Made by a program: the position numbers and the translations under genes. A stretch of DNA of 64,000 nucleotides from Tubiluchus corallicola. Taxonomy: Eukaryota; Animalia; Priapulida. The notes under the pieces were generated by a model. The model saw only the letters and a program-made list of their open reading frames with translations, did not search any database and had not been told where the DNA came from. Positions 27,911 to 42,000 of the stretch are shown here, piece after piece. Each line of letters starts with the position of its first letter. Position 1 is the first letter of the stretch. The stretch is from assembly GCA_030141605.1 (NCBI GenBank), contig JAQGDQ010000004.1, positions 806,001-870,000 on the forward strand. The letters run 5' to 3'.

Positions 27911-29700
27911 GAGTATGATGCATTACTTGGGAAAGCTTAATAAGTAAATAATTTATCACCTTTTACGAATACAAGTAACAATAACATAATTAAATAAGAT
28001 GATTTACATAGAAAAATAAAATTATAATGTTGGTTGGTGAATAGGTGGCGAAAGAATTGAAAAGTTATTGGAACAGCCACCCATTAGGTGTATCACTGTA
28101 AACAAGTTCATATGCTATTTGTCAGAATTAATCTGCAAGATGGAATTTGGCATTTAAAACATTACAGTTGCTTAAGAGATAATTTATATCGCAATTGACG
28201 TCTTGAAATTACTTTAGAAAATTAATTTATATAAATATTTATAATTTGTGAACTGGGTGGTTAGTTATAATTATAGCTTATTGTTATAGCGATGAAAAAA
28301 ACAGAGCTACAGAGATGATAAATTGCAATGTTTGATAAACTTTGCAATGGATAATACCTGAAAATTGTCAAGGAGAAAGTGTTATACATAATTATTTTAA
28401 AACATCTGTATGTGACAATACTGTAAATTGAATTTTATGCTAGAGTGAAAATAAGATGCTACTAAATAATTTGTATTAAAAAGTAATTTATACGATGCAT
28501 AAAAGTTCGTGAAGCACATTTTTAAATGGCTTGTTGTCATATTTAATTAGTTGTGCACGAATAATACGCATTGGTACCAAGCAAATAATGCTGATATGAG
28601 TAAGTGTTTTATCTCTTATATTCCTGTATTCACTTTGTAATGTCTTACCAATGACTGGCAAATACAGAGTGAATCGTCTGCAAAAGAGAAATTGCTTACG
28701 TGCTGCAGGGAATAGTTTTTTCAGCTAATTCCTACAATATCATGGCAAAAACGTAAACATTATCATACATGATTTCTCTGCTCCTGTTAAAATTTGTTTG
28801 CCACTTCTCAAGCTGCACTAGCAAAACTAGATCTCTGTCACAAATTGTTTTGAGAATTTTCCCAATAACAACACCAGTAAACAAAATTATTTGGACAAAT
28901 AGTACAAGAAACTTTAAGCACTGGCATCTATTATTTCGGCTATTGTTTTGTAGCTGGCTACATGCCTATACAGTATACACCATGTGTTATGTTTTCCAAG
29001 TTTCACTTTTAAGACTAACTGTTTGGGCCAAAGAATTGGCCTGGTTTTTAATACCAGTTAAGTAAGTACTGAAACTCACTTGTTCTAGACTGCTCTTTTA
29101 ATAAAATTTTTAGAATTAGAATTCGTGCTTTGTTTCACCTGTTAGTAAAAAATATTAGTACAGTATAACTGTAATGAATTAAAAACAAAATATAAATAAC
29201 ATTATAATTAATTTTTAGTTGCCATGTATAGGTTAATGGGAATGAAAATAAGTTATCGAGTCAGACACCTCATTTTCTTTGTTGTGTTATTGAATCACTT
29301 TGATTGCAAAACAAAGAGCAACTGTCGCCTAGAACCTTGAGCTTGTGTCGTAACGCGCTTCTCCAGCTTGCTTATAGGCTACATTGTTTTCACGGTCCAC
29401 GCTATTTGATCCAGATAGGCTCTAAGATTCTGTCCATGTGCGAGTCACAAGTAACTTCCTTCATCAGCACTATCCTCCTAATTCCCTCTGTCTTCTTTTC
29501 GTAATATTAAAAAATATGGTGAAGTGCTGCAAAGTAAGCAGCAGGCCTTAACTGTATGTGTGTTAGAAAACAAGTGCTCTATTCCGTCCTTATCAACGGG
29601 AGTGCTAACCTTCCTCTGCTTTCTTTATTACTTGTACGACATGTACGTTAGATGTAGTGAAGTTTTATTCCGCAGGGTGGCACAATCTAATATTGCGACA

Positions 29701-29710
29701 ATGACGTCAT
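29701..29710. promoter_or_regulatory. Palindromic CRE (CREB/ATF) site in the presumptive KIF13 promoter
   Basis: ATGACGTCAT, about 320 bp upstream of the KIF13 start codon. Confidence 0.4.
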
Positions 29711-30022
29711 GCTAACTAATTTTTGTGGCATGGCGAGTGACTGACACTGGAGCTGTGTATAGTGCGGAGTGACTAATAATTTTTGTGGATAAACATTCTT
29801 TATCGTTGTTTGTATTGCTATTCATTAATAATGATATATATATGGTCTCCATTTTTAACTAATTTGTGCGCTTTTTTATCCTGTTTGGTTGAACCTCATT
29901 AAGGTGACCGTTTTCGAATTTGACGGTTGTAGGATTACACTTTGCCTGCTCGCAGAATTGATTGACTATGTTAACTGATTTCAAGATTTGACGCCGAATT
30001 TTTCTTTGCTGAACCAAGCAAG

Positions 30023-30077
30023 ATGTCGTCAAGCAAAGTAAAAGTAGCTGTGCGTGTTCGGCCATTCAGTAGGCGAG
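30023..30077 (+). CDS. KIF13: KIF13-like exon 1 ([18 protein letters not shown])
   Basis: aagATG start, G|gtaaaa donor, VAVRVRP motif. Confidence 0.93.
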
Positions 30078-33000
30078 GTAAAAGTTTTATGATGAGCTAC
30101 TGATAATTTAGTTAGGAAAAAATCCACAATTTCACATTATTGTAAAACTGACTGTCCCATTGACTTTTGATCTCTAATTATTAAAATGGACTTTCTTGAG
30201 CTTCGAAATAGGATTCCTTCGAAAGCATTAGCAAAAAAATTTGGACAATATCTTGGCTGAAAATTTGTGATAAATTAGTTTTTAAACTTCATAGTTAAAT
30301 ATTGACTTTAAACTGTATAAAATAGTATAATGTCATATGCCATGACCAATTAAAGAAAATCCCACATCATTGTACAGACCGATCATCACAAAAAACTCTA
30401 GATTTTTCAACATTTTAGCTACGGAACTGTTTTAAAGTGATAAGGGCATACATTTTAAGAAATCACATGTATGCATTACTTGTGGTTGTCTCAAGTAATT
30501 AATTTGAGGAGCTATGGACATATTGCATTGTATTTTCACGATACATAAGTCACATAACAATTACATTTTTGCTGAGCGTCATTGTGCATTTCCAAGTATA
30601 TTACTTACCAATTGATTGTTTTTCTTAAGAATTTTCAGGAAGTAATAAAAAAGTACTCATGGTGCTCATTGCGTTTCCAGTTCCTTGTGAACCACTTTCC
30701 ACCAAGAACACATTAAAAGCACATACAAAATCATTCTTGGTTGTATTTTTGGTACTTGAATAAATCCTGGTAAAAAATACAAGCACTAATGTTATGCCAT
30801 GACTTTTTGCACACATCACAGGTAATTCTACCAACTTTTTTTTGAGGAAGGTAATCCTCAGAAAACTGAACAGAATTGCATTTGAGATATTGGAATTTGG
30901 ATAGAGTTTTGCTTGTACCACTTGCACGAAAACTAGTTTCGGCTTAATCTTTTACGCATCCTTCAGATGATTTTGGTAAGGGAAATGTATAGATGTACTC
31001 TGATGTATTTAATACTACACCAGATAATCTTCTGAAAAAGTTTTTTTGACAAGATGAAGCATTGTTATTGTTACTCACTAAAACTTCTTAGGCAGCTATG
31101 GTTGCAAGAACACCTGGGATCGAAAATCGCTGTCATCTAGTCTTCAAAATAGGCATTTTGATTTTTGTGAGGTATTATAGGAGACACTGAATGCTAAGGA
31201 CAAATTATAGTGTCACTGTAATTTTGGAAACATAGCTGACAAAATAGCAGTATTTGCTGACTCTGGTGAATTTGTTTGTCTATTTATAAATTTAAAATAC
31301 ATTTTAACACGTCACTCCCTGATAAAACAACAAGGAAAAGGACAAAAACAATTACAATTTTTCTTGGATGAAGAATCACTGCTGCAGTCTTGCACAACAA
31401 AGCAGCATGAAACTGCAATGTATACACAGTAGTAACCGGACACGCAAGAATTGTAACATTTACTAAGAATGACTCATTGCTGTCATTTTTCCAATTACCA
31501 TGCTGGACACAGTTATTAGAATTTAATCATACTTTTTGTAGAGAATGAATCTTGTGAAAATTGCTTAGGCGTTAGGAGTATAGATACATGTATTACAAGT
31601 TAACTTTCTAACTGCCTCCATAGTTACCTGACCCTGACTAACAGTAATACTGTTTGTTTTTAAAAAGAACAAATTGATAGATAATTGTTTTTGGCCAGAA
31701 ATTAATGACACACCATTCTTGTTTAGAATTGGATCTGGGCACAAAATGCATAGTAGATATGGCTGTGGATGATGACTTGCAGCAAACAATTCTACATAAT
31801 CCATGCACTGGAGCTGCTGGTTCTAAGTCAAGTGAAAGGTATGTTCCTCGGCCTTAACCGTGTCAGAACTATATAACAGTCTGCTATAAAAAATCAAAAT
31901 TCGCCTGATCTTGAGCAGTTACAAAGTGAAATGTTCTGTGATTTATGTGTATATATATATCATATTTATGTGATTTATGTTCTGCGTACAATTTGCACAG
32001 ATATTTGAATACGGGACACAGAGGTCACTTAGACATTAGGTACTTTGGACACAGGTAATTTTGACACAAGGTATTTTGGGCACATAGGTTATTTGGACAT
32101 AGGTGATTTGAATACAGTGTTCCCTTGGTAACATAGCAGGATGGGAATTTTATTTCTACTGGCAATGGGGACGAGCATCTAAAAAATCTAGCTGTAGAGA
32201 ATCCTATATTACATTAATTTGGTACTGCAATTTGACAACACTACATAGCATATTTTTTCTTGTACACGTACTTAGGTTGTTTCTGCCTAATCTGTACTTA
32301 ACAGTAAACTCCTCGTTCAAGTCATTTTCATAAAAACTCCGAAATGACACTTTTTATTTTTCGGCTGTTATGTTGTCGGTACATATGCTATGTGGCTGAG
32401 AATTGTGTCCAATGGCAGTAGACTGAGTAGAGCTTTTAAAAGCAAAAATCAATCTCGAATTTCGTCAAAAATGGAAATACTGACATCGTATATGTACATC
32501 ATACAAGTTAAATGATTTGGATTTCAATCTTTTTCTTCCATATTTGTGCCTTTTAGCAAACGGAGTGTTCACAATCTAGCATTAGACCGGCGACGTCCTC
32601 ATGGAAAAAACTTTTTGTGATTTTGTGTTCTTCTTTGACAACAAGATTAATTTAAAATACACTGTAAACATTACAATTTTGTGTACTTAAAAAGTGGTAT
32701 CGCTAATTATGTATATTGACAGACATCCAGGTAATACGGTGAATTAGCAAACATGGCAAGTTTAGTTTCCTGCCCATATGGATCTATGTACAGACAATTT
32801 CTGCCTATTCTCGGGCAGATTTACAGAAATTTCTTATAGGACCATCATTAAATTTGCACCCTACATACACACTTCAGATGCTAGGATACTAGAAGTAGAT
32901 AGTTAGATGTGTGTAGCTTATTATTTGCTGTCGAACGTTCCAAAATCCTCATTGGAGGTAGCCTCAATGATATTTTGTATTTAAGCCAAATGTGTTTAAC

Positions 33001-36000
33001 TATAACAATACAGTTTATGCCACATTTTCATTTTTACTATATACATTTCATGACCAACAAAGCATCGAAGCTTTGTTCACTGAAGCTATTTACTCTACAC
33101 AGATATTGATGTGTAACAAATTCAAAACAAATAACCTGTAAAACAATACAAAAACTACTGCGAGTGCTAATGGACTTTGTTCCTGTCACATGCACCCACA
33201 GGTATTTAGTAATGAGAGTATTTATTACAGAGATATTGACATGGGCTATTTATTGTATCATGATAGATTAGTGATCATGGGCTGATCCATTCTCTGAAGA
33301 GTAGCTGTGCACATTGTGTTCAGAGAAGTTACGCTTGCAGATATGAGCATATGGCAACAGTAATTATGGCGAGAATGCTGAAATTTATTTAAACTACAGA
33401 GACTGTGCAAATCATGCTATATCTGTCACAATCACCATACCATACCAGTTGCATCTGAATGTGACTCACAGTCTTACTGCAAAATGCAGATATCCCCATA
33501 CTGTTAATTTGTGAAAACACCCTGATATTTATGTTATTTCTAGACTCTAATCTGCAGTTACTGTGGGGGAGTTGGATTCGAGGTGACTAGAAAAAGAATC
33601 TTATTCCAAACAGATAATATATCATTCGTTATGAAACATCAAAAACTCCTTGAATTTTGCGAAAAAAATGATTCTGTTTTTTTTCTTATAATTGATCTGT
33701 ATGCCAAAATCAGCTGTGTCCATATTACATATGTTTCGAATTTCAAAACAACTTATGTATGTTCAAATTACCTACGTGCCATAATAACCTTATCAAAAGC
33801 ACATTCATGCTCAAAATCATGCAATGCAAATGACTTTAACTTAGTGTCCAAATAGGGTATATGTTCAAATATCCTATGTGTCCTAAACTCCTAGTGTCTA
33901 TGTGTCCTAAACTCCTAATGTCTAAATGGCCTATGTATCCAAATACCCTTTGTGCCCAAACTCTTTTTGTCCAAACGACCTACATGCCCAAAATATCTAG
34001 TGACCAAATATTCTTTGTCTGAGTTAGCTGATGTCCAAATGACCTATGTGTCAAAATAATGTGTCTCCAAAAATTGTATCGAAATAGCCTGCGTCTAAAA
34101 CCTGTATGTCTAAAACCTTTGTAACCATGTATATATTTTATACATATAGTACTATATATTATACATAGAAGGCAGTAAAAAACTGCTAAAAATTGACACA
34201 GCTATTAACAGGTGCCAAAATGAAGGACCCTGGTTCTACAAAATTCGGTAACAAACTATGTAAAACATGCGTTAATATAATCAGTGTCACAGCTTCTTTG
34301 CCAAAAACATTCCCCACGTTACTCTATGTCTAGGGCTCTAGGCTGTCAAGAACAATACATGTAGTTGAATTGATGATACATGTATCTCACTTTGTGTGCT
34401 GCGCTACAGAATTAGGTTCTATACTGGCCTGGTTAATAAATGGATGAGTGGCTGACTGATAAGAAAGCTAGTTCTGAGCAGCTTTACCTTCAGGAAATAG
34501 TGCTCTGCATCTTTCTTTTATTAAGGGAGGAAGTTTGTACATTTAAATATGAGCTTAGAAGTTTATAACCTGACAGCGGACTAGATTCTACACCTACATT
34601 AGTAAGTTCTATGTTAAATCCGTGCTGTCTGCACAAAAAAAAACAGCCATCGGTTATGGTTATCACCATTAACAATCAGGAAATCTCTGTTTTGGGTTTC
34701 GTGCTATGGAGGGTGGCTTCTTGGGTCTCTCATTATTACTTTTTCTAGTGTGGTTATTTTTCACTATATTGTCATTATCAGCTCATATGATTGGATCTGG
34801 CCTCAAAGCAGTACTGGTGTGCGATTATAATGCTTTAAGATAAGAAATTATTTTTAAATGTGGAATAAGATTTTGAAGGGAATTTAATGAATTGGATATT
34901 AACATGTGATTGACAATTAACTTGGAACAACCGAACTTCAATTTTATTTTTATTAAAATTATTGACCAAATTAGTGTTCCCATTTCCTCACTGGAGCTCT
35001 GACTGTCCTGTACACTGAGTACTGTAGAAGTGCTCGATTGTTCTGACACTATATTTTCAGCATGGTAGGGATTTCTCATTAGTTTATATAACGTTTTATC
35101 GAATCTATATGTATAAATAAAATTTACAGTGGGCAATCCGTTGCTGTACATTTTGGATGAAATAACGGATAATCCGTACGTGCCCATATTAAATGTTTAC
35201 ATTGGTTATGTACTTATGCTAGGGGGTGTTTGTTTGTTTGGCAAAAAGGAATACATGTACCGTTGCTTTCAACTATGTATTAGGTACTTACATATAACAT
35301 ACAATAGGTACTGTACGTATAGTGCACATAGTAATAAGCTGCAGAATGACTTATTAAGGCACTCATGCGTAGTATAAATCTAGAAATAAATCTACGGTAA
35401 ATTTGGATTACAGTTATTGACATCTACATAATAATAAGTTTTGTGAAGTACGATTTTCTTCTAAATAGATGTATTAAAGCTATGTATTAAGATATGTTTT
35501 TAACATATTGATCGATTAAAGCAGCTAAATGTGACTGGTTAAAGGCAGGCATTTAATTCGTGGCATTAAATTGACTTTTGTTAGTCTTCTCTTCAACTTT
35601 CTGGGCAAAAATTTGATGCCAAGTTGCAAAACAGCACATGTGTCTGTCAAGACTGTTCTTTTAGCACTGAAGATGTGTTACTAAGAATGCAATATGTATT
35701 TTGCAATTAAAGCACCCATTATTAAACTTCGTAAAGCTGATTAAGTCTTACACATTTGAAGACAAGGTTACTTCCTTGGTTAGTGTGACACTTGCTAATG
35801 CGGTGCTAAGGGCACGTATCAAGCGTTGCATGGATGTTTGGTATTTAGTTACTTTGTTGATGCTACACACTGAGAACTCGAAAGGTTTCCTCACTTTAAT
35901 CTTCGCGTGATGGTTAACCCACATCACGCTCACCACACCACATGACCTGCACCACACCAGTAGCACCACGTACAAAACTCCACACCATGCTACCCACACA

Positions 36001-39000
36001 TTGCCATCACACACACGTATCACACCATGGACTTTATAATAAGCCACCGGTCTATAATTTTATGTGCTACATTTTGCAGAATGCGTTCCAGTTCGTTTTT
36101 TTTGTTTGCATTTCGACATATTTCCAAGTCTAAATTTATAAAACTTGCAATATTTACAGTTGGGTAGAGTCATTTGCTTACTTTGCACATTTCATGCAGC
36201 GCAGCGCTGACTAAAAATGAAAACGTCTGATATTTTATAAAAAAATATTGTTTTTGGACGTATATAACAATAAAGAAATACGTGTCTTCTAAATATCTAT
36301 AATAAATTGCATTTAATAAATGAATATTTAGTGGATTACAATTTTTGTGAAATATAGTTAACCCACTATCGTTTGACCGTGTATACTTTTGCTTTCCTTG
36401 CTGCTTTGCTTTGTAGTTCCAGGCTTTCACGTCTTACGGCGTGGTTGTTCATCCCATTAGCTTCCTGTTTTTAGACAAATCTCGTTAGCTTTCTTGCTTG
36501 TATTCATCTCTTTTGTTAAAGACGGTTATTACTGTTTACTCAGCCCTCAACTGAAGCCCGTAAGTGTAGACAGGATTCAGCCACCTTCCTTACCGATTGT
36601 GATTTGCTCGGGCAAATTTCAAGGACTCTTCTGGTAAGAACTTTAGATGAGATTTTCTTGTAATGAAGCTGTGCGGATGGCGAACATGTGAAAATTTTGA
36701 ACTGGTTAAACCTTAGCTAGAATTAACGTAAATAGTAGGAGCATCTTAAACTTGAGACAGAATCTTGTGAATAAATGGGCGATATGAATGCATAAGAATT
36801 TCTCTTGAAATAAGGAGCAGTGGGTTATGTTTAAAAACCTTGTGGTTGGACATAGGTCATCAGCTTCAGCAGAAATAGAAGGCGCTGCGATATCGTAAAC
36901 TGAAGAAAAAACTTTATTAAAGCATTTTCTGAATCTTCACTTATTCATAAATAATAACGATGAGAATAACAGCTTTTGAGGGAAGTTGTTCATTAATTCT
37001 TTCAAAGATGGTTTCAAAGAAGGGCATTGCAAACATGTTTCATGAAAGATGACATTTTTAAAGTTCTTGCAAAGCCATTGTTAACTGAGTATTACTACAA
37101 TGAACTTATCTTAGAAGTAGAATTCTATGTACTATATAGATCCGTAATGTATGAAATGCCGTAGTACATGTGTAAAATTGTACCTATTAACTGAAGATAT
37201 TTAAGCCTAACTGTCTTAGTCATAAAACGTGAATAGGCGTATTTAGAATAACTGTATGCCCTGACGACCTGACTTATCTTGCTAAGCTGTAGCTTTGTCT
37301 AAAGGATAAGTAAAATCCCAGTGTTAGGCTGACAGTGGATTTGATAATCCACATTTCACAACAGTGAAAGTCTGAAAATCTATGCTTTCTGACTCGGAAC
37401 ACCCAAAATCTGAAAGCGGCGTATTTGCCGAACCTTAGATACAGATAAATTTACAAAATTTGTGCCACCTAATAATTATCTACTTACAATGCTGCCTAAT
37501 TGACCCTGTAGATCCTACACCCTAGAAGCTGCATAGATCTGTGCTTTAATTAGGTTACCACTGACTGCACGCTCAACTAATCAGACATTTGTAGTTTTAA
37601 TTTCAGTTCATTGTAGTAGCGTCACGACTTGGGTAATGTTTGATGGCTTCATTGCGAAGCCTGCAGTAGAGGGCAAAAGTTCACACATTAGGCTTCTAGG
37701 CTGATAAATAATCACTCCATAGACCCAGAAGAACCAACATCTTAAAGATAATAATAAGACCACGGAATTAGAGTAATTTAGATTGTCCAAAACGATTCTT
37801 CGATTTGATAATTCCAGTTAAATATCAGTGGTTATAGTCTGTAATTTATTAATTAACCTAAATTTCTGTATTTTAGGAGAACGCACGAGAACTTAGGAGA
37901 ATAAATCTCCAAACAGAATATTATCGTAAAACTTTTCTGCGTGTTTTTATGAGAGAGGATTAATATTGTATGTTTATGTTAACAAATTTATTGGTTGTAC
38001 CTAGAATATTCTAACTCAACTTTATCATTGCTTTACTCATTGAGAAATAAGTATTCATTTTTAACTCGCACCAATTTGCTGACTATTCAGGTGGTAAAAC
38101 TGCTTTTGAAATTTAGACGACCAACTGGACCAAGTGTTTTTTAAAGCGAGAAGTCTTAAGATTACATTGAACATATTTTTGCTTACAGCCGTATTAAAGT
38201 TAAAATGAATATGTGATATGCTGTTTGTGCACTAACATCTTACGCCAGAAAGTCTATGAAAAACATGCTTTATCAAAGGACAGTTTCAAAAACTTTGTTT
38301 TGTCATCTGCTCGGTGAAATAACTAGAAAAACAACCAGAGTTCTTGCTTACTATGCGGGAGACTTCGAGTGCTGATATACCGGGAAGTTTAAAAAGAAAT
38401 TCAAGTGCTAATGTGCTGTCATATCATAGAATATACAAATGTCGAATTGGAAAAGACCGTGACTAAACTTCAAAACTAAAGTGTTGAATGTACTTTGAAG
38501 GCTGTTGAACTTTCAACTTTCTGTTGAACCAATGGGAAAATTCATAGAGGTTTACATTGACTATTTTACATTTACATTGAGCCCTTTCTTGGCAATTGAT
38601 GCAAAATCTACATCATGCTTTCTGAAATTTTCTCAGAGCTAATTTACTGCAAAATCCTATCTGAGTCTTTCCAGATCCTGATTAAAATTTGGGAGTTTTT
38701 AAAGCCTCTATCAAGGAACTTTGTATCTGGGAGGTATTATTTGTATTGAATTATTTGCATGTAACTGTATATTGCTGTTATATTCCTGCTAACGTGGCAT
38801 CGCTGGTTTGACTAATATTAATGATAATTCCTTGGGGCCTGTCGGAAATTGCTCTGACAATCTACTACTCACAGTAGCTTTCATATGCTGGCTGCTAGTA
38901 GCTGCTACTGTTGCACATGCATTACATTTCTCGTTTATAACTTCACTCCTATTTCTTTCTCGCCTTTTTTCTTTCTGCCAGAGGTTTTTTAACTGTAAAA

Positions 39001-42000
39001 CTGGTAGGGCGTCTGCCCCTACTAGTAGTCAAAATTGCTTCACTAGTTGGTCACATTTGTCCCACTTCCAGAAGTGTTTTTAGGCATTCCACTTCGGTTC
39101 TGTCCTGTTAAATATGCTGGGTGTACACTCTTGACTCGTCTAAGACAAATGGTCACTCGAGGTGCTATAGTCTTCCATAGACGACATTGGCAGCTATAGA
39201 GGCCTAGCATCACATTCAACGCAAACTGAGAGTTGTGTTCAACTTTTGCTTAGTCAACGGCTTGTGCATGCTACCTAAAACTGTAAACCACCACCTCCTA
39301 TAACGTGAGTAGGCATAAATGCACCGAGAATGGCTTAGTTTGAACCAAGGCCGGTTGTTGCCGAGTTTTTACAAACTAAAGAGAGGTAAGTAGAATAGGA
39401 GATTTTTATTCACGCCGTGACTTCATTCAAAAGTTTTTTTCGAAAGTACGGATGTCTCTGAAGATTGCTAACTAAAACGCTAAAACTAAAAACTGCTATT
39501 TCCTATGCCACTACAGTATACTGCAAAATTTGAGCACACTAGACTGATTATACTAAATAAATGTTATTTGATTTGAATTTGTATCAGCAGGTTGGGCAAG
39601 TAAAATGTAACGTAAAGATACAAATTAGTTGAATTTAGTCTGTCTTTTTTGCCCTATCTGTAAAATTCTCTTGAAAAATTCGCTGCTTTCTTCTCCAACT
39701 CGTCTCTGCCTTCGCTCTTTCTCTCTCTATCCTACTTCTATTTGAGCTCCTTTTCTTCCAGTATTCCCAGACATTTATTTTTCTGCTCAAACGTCCGTTC
39801 TCTCTCCCTTCTGTTTCTTTCTTCCTTCTCACTTTCTTCAATCATTTTCTTCCTCCTAGTAGTTTCCGGCTTTAGCTCTAATAGTACCGATATGACAACA
39901 TTGCTAAAAGAAATATTGTTTTGCTCTTTAGAATTTTCCTTCACTTAAACATCTCTGTTGCACTCAGAGCTTTGATTTATATGGCTGTATCCATCAAAAT
40001 GTTTTTAGAAAACGCTGCGGCTAAAAGGTGTCATATATTCAGCGAATGAAGTGCGAATATTTGTACAAACAGAGAGAATGTGAGATTCTGCTTGCTTTTC
40101 CTATACTTTATAGTTTTAGAAAATATTGATTTGTAGCTTGTGTGCAAACGTGCTGTGTGTGTAATGTACTGTCAACAGCCGTGATATTTTGGAGATACTA
40201 CCACTATAAACAGTAGTCGAGTAATATATGTTTAACCAAACTGTGCATTATCTTAAAAAGTTAAAATACATTATAACATTATTACCGTATACGTAATGTA
40301 ACACTGCCTACAATAAAGAAATTAATTTCTTCTTATTAAGAATCATTTCAGAGTTATAAGATTACTATTGTCGTAGTAATACAATTGAATTGAGAAAATG
40401 TAGATTACGACCACCTTACAATACGTAAGCTTTACGGCTCTAAAATCTTGCTGAAATTAGCGGAAGCCATTAGTCCACTACTGCGATTGCTAGACAATAC
40501 AAATATAGTTCGAAGCTAGTGAGGATGTCGTTCAGGTGAATGAAACTCAGATTCACTCTAGCTTGTGCTTTCGCCTTGCTGATTTTTTCTTGCAGTTTGT
40601 GCATTCAGCTACTAATTTAAAGGATGATAGTTTCATTTTTGAGTTTCAGATTTCCAGTTTTCATATATAATTTGTTAGGATCGATAGTGTTTGGTCAACA
40701 TGAAAGTTATCTGAGCCACATCATCTGCCGAAATGCCCACGGTCAGAATACAAAGCACACAGGGTGTTTGTTTTAGAAACCGTTTGGTTGCCTACACTGA
40801 CAAGTATGTGGACTTTAGCATTTTAGAAATGAAATCGGCGTGATAAAGAATACTATCCAGTGTGATGTTGTGTGCCCAGAGGATTAACTGTAGGAGATTG
40901 GAAAACTGTTAACCCTTCGTGAAACGAAAAAATCAAACCAACAAAAGCGATATTCAACAAGTCCGTTCACTGGGTATGAAGAAATAGTCATTAGGCTTAG
41001 AATCAGGATGTTTGATTATTCCATTTTAGCTTTTTCAAATTAAGTTTAGCTAGTAATTCTCTTGGTTTTGCATCACAGATTATTACTACAATTATGTAAT
41101 TGTTATTTGTAGTGGTGGTATAGTCACCGATCGACTGTGCTTTTCATAAAGTTGCAACGAAATTATAAAGACATTCTTCCAAATTTATACGCTAGGAAGC
41201 AACCTAACATAGAACAACTAAACAAGCAAGCGAGAAACAACTAAACTTGGCGCATTTGTACTACCAGTGGGGAGGGTTACATTACGAACACTTGACTTTA
41301 AAGTTTAAATCTGGAAATCTTTTTTCATTAGTTGATTTTGAATGTTGGTAGCGTCTTACGTCAGGTCACTGTGCATTAAATCCGAATGTTTTAATTTTGT
41401 GTTATTCAAGGCCACCGATGCACGCCAGTCAACCTATATAATGTGATTTATTATATGGGAAGCTCGCTGCAAAGTACTTGCTGCCGGACTACGAAGTACC
41501 TTGACGTTGAACGTTGACTAACTTTTGATAATATGGGTACAAAAGTGGGAGAAGGATTTTGCGTTGTTATTGCGCAATAACGTCCGCGGGAATGCAACAT
41601 ATTGAAAAGTTTATACATCATGCTGTACTAGCACAGAGCTTTTCATTCTATTTTATCTCACATAACATGTGTTTTGATACTGGACGTGTTCTAGCGTTCA
41701 TCAGAAAGAGAAGCCAGAAGTAAGAACTTGCTATACGTGTGTACTGGGTATCTGCCTATCTATGAGTTGCTGGATGTGATTCGATTAACTGGTTTCATAC
41801 TTATTATCATATTTTGTGGGTGGCTGCCTGCTGTCAGTTCTAATGATTGTCAGCAATTTTCTACTCACAGAAATGATGATTGAGCAGCGACAAAGTACTG
41901 TGCCACCTATTGTTCAATTAATTTGAAAATCCCAGATTCAGTTCAGTGACTTTTTTATTGAATGCTCTGATGTCTATAAGTATTTTCCAAGTTTATTAGA

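Noticed and set aside
32004-34125. CRISPR-like or other prokaryotic repeat array
   Set aside because: Modules are degenerate, lack unique spacers and lie in an animal intron; no prokaryotic features anywhere in the window.
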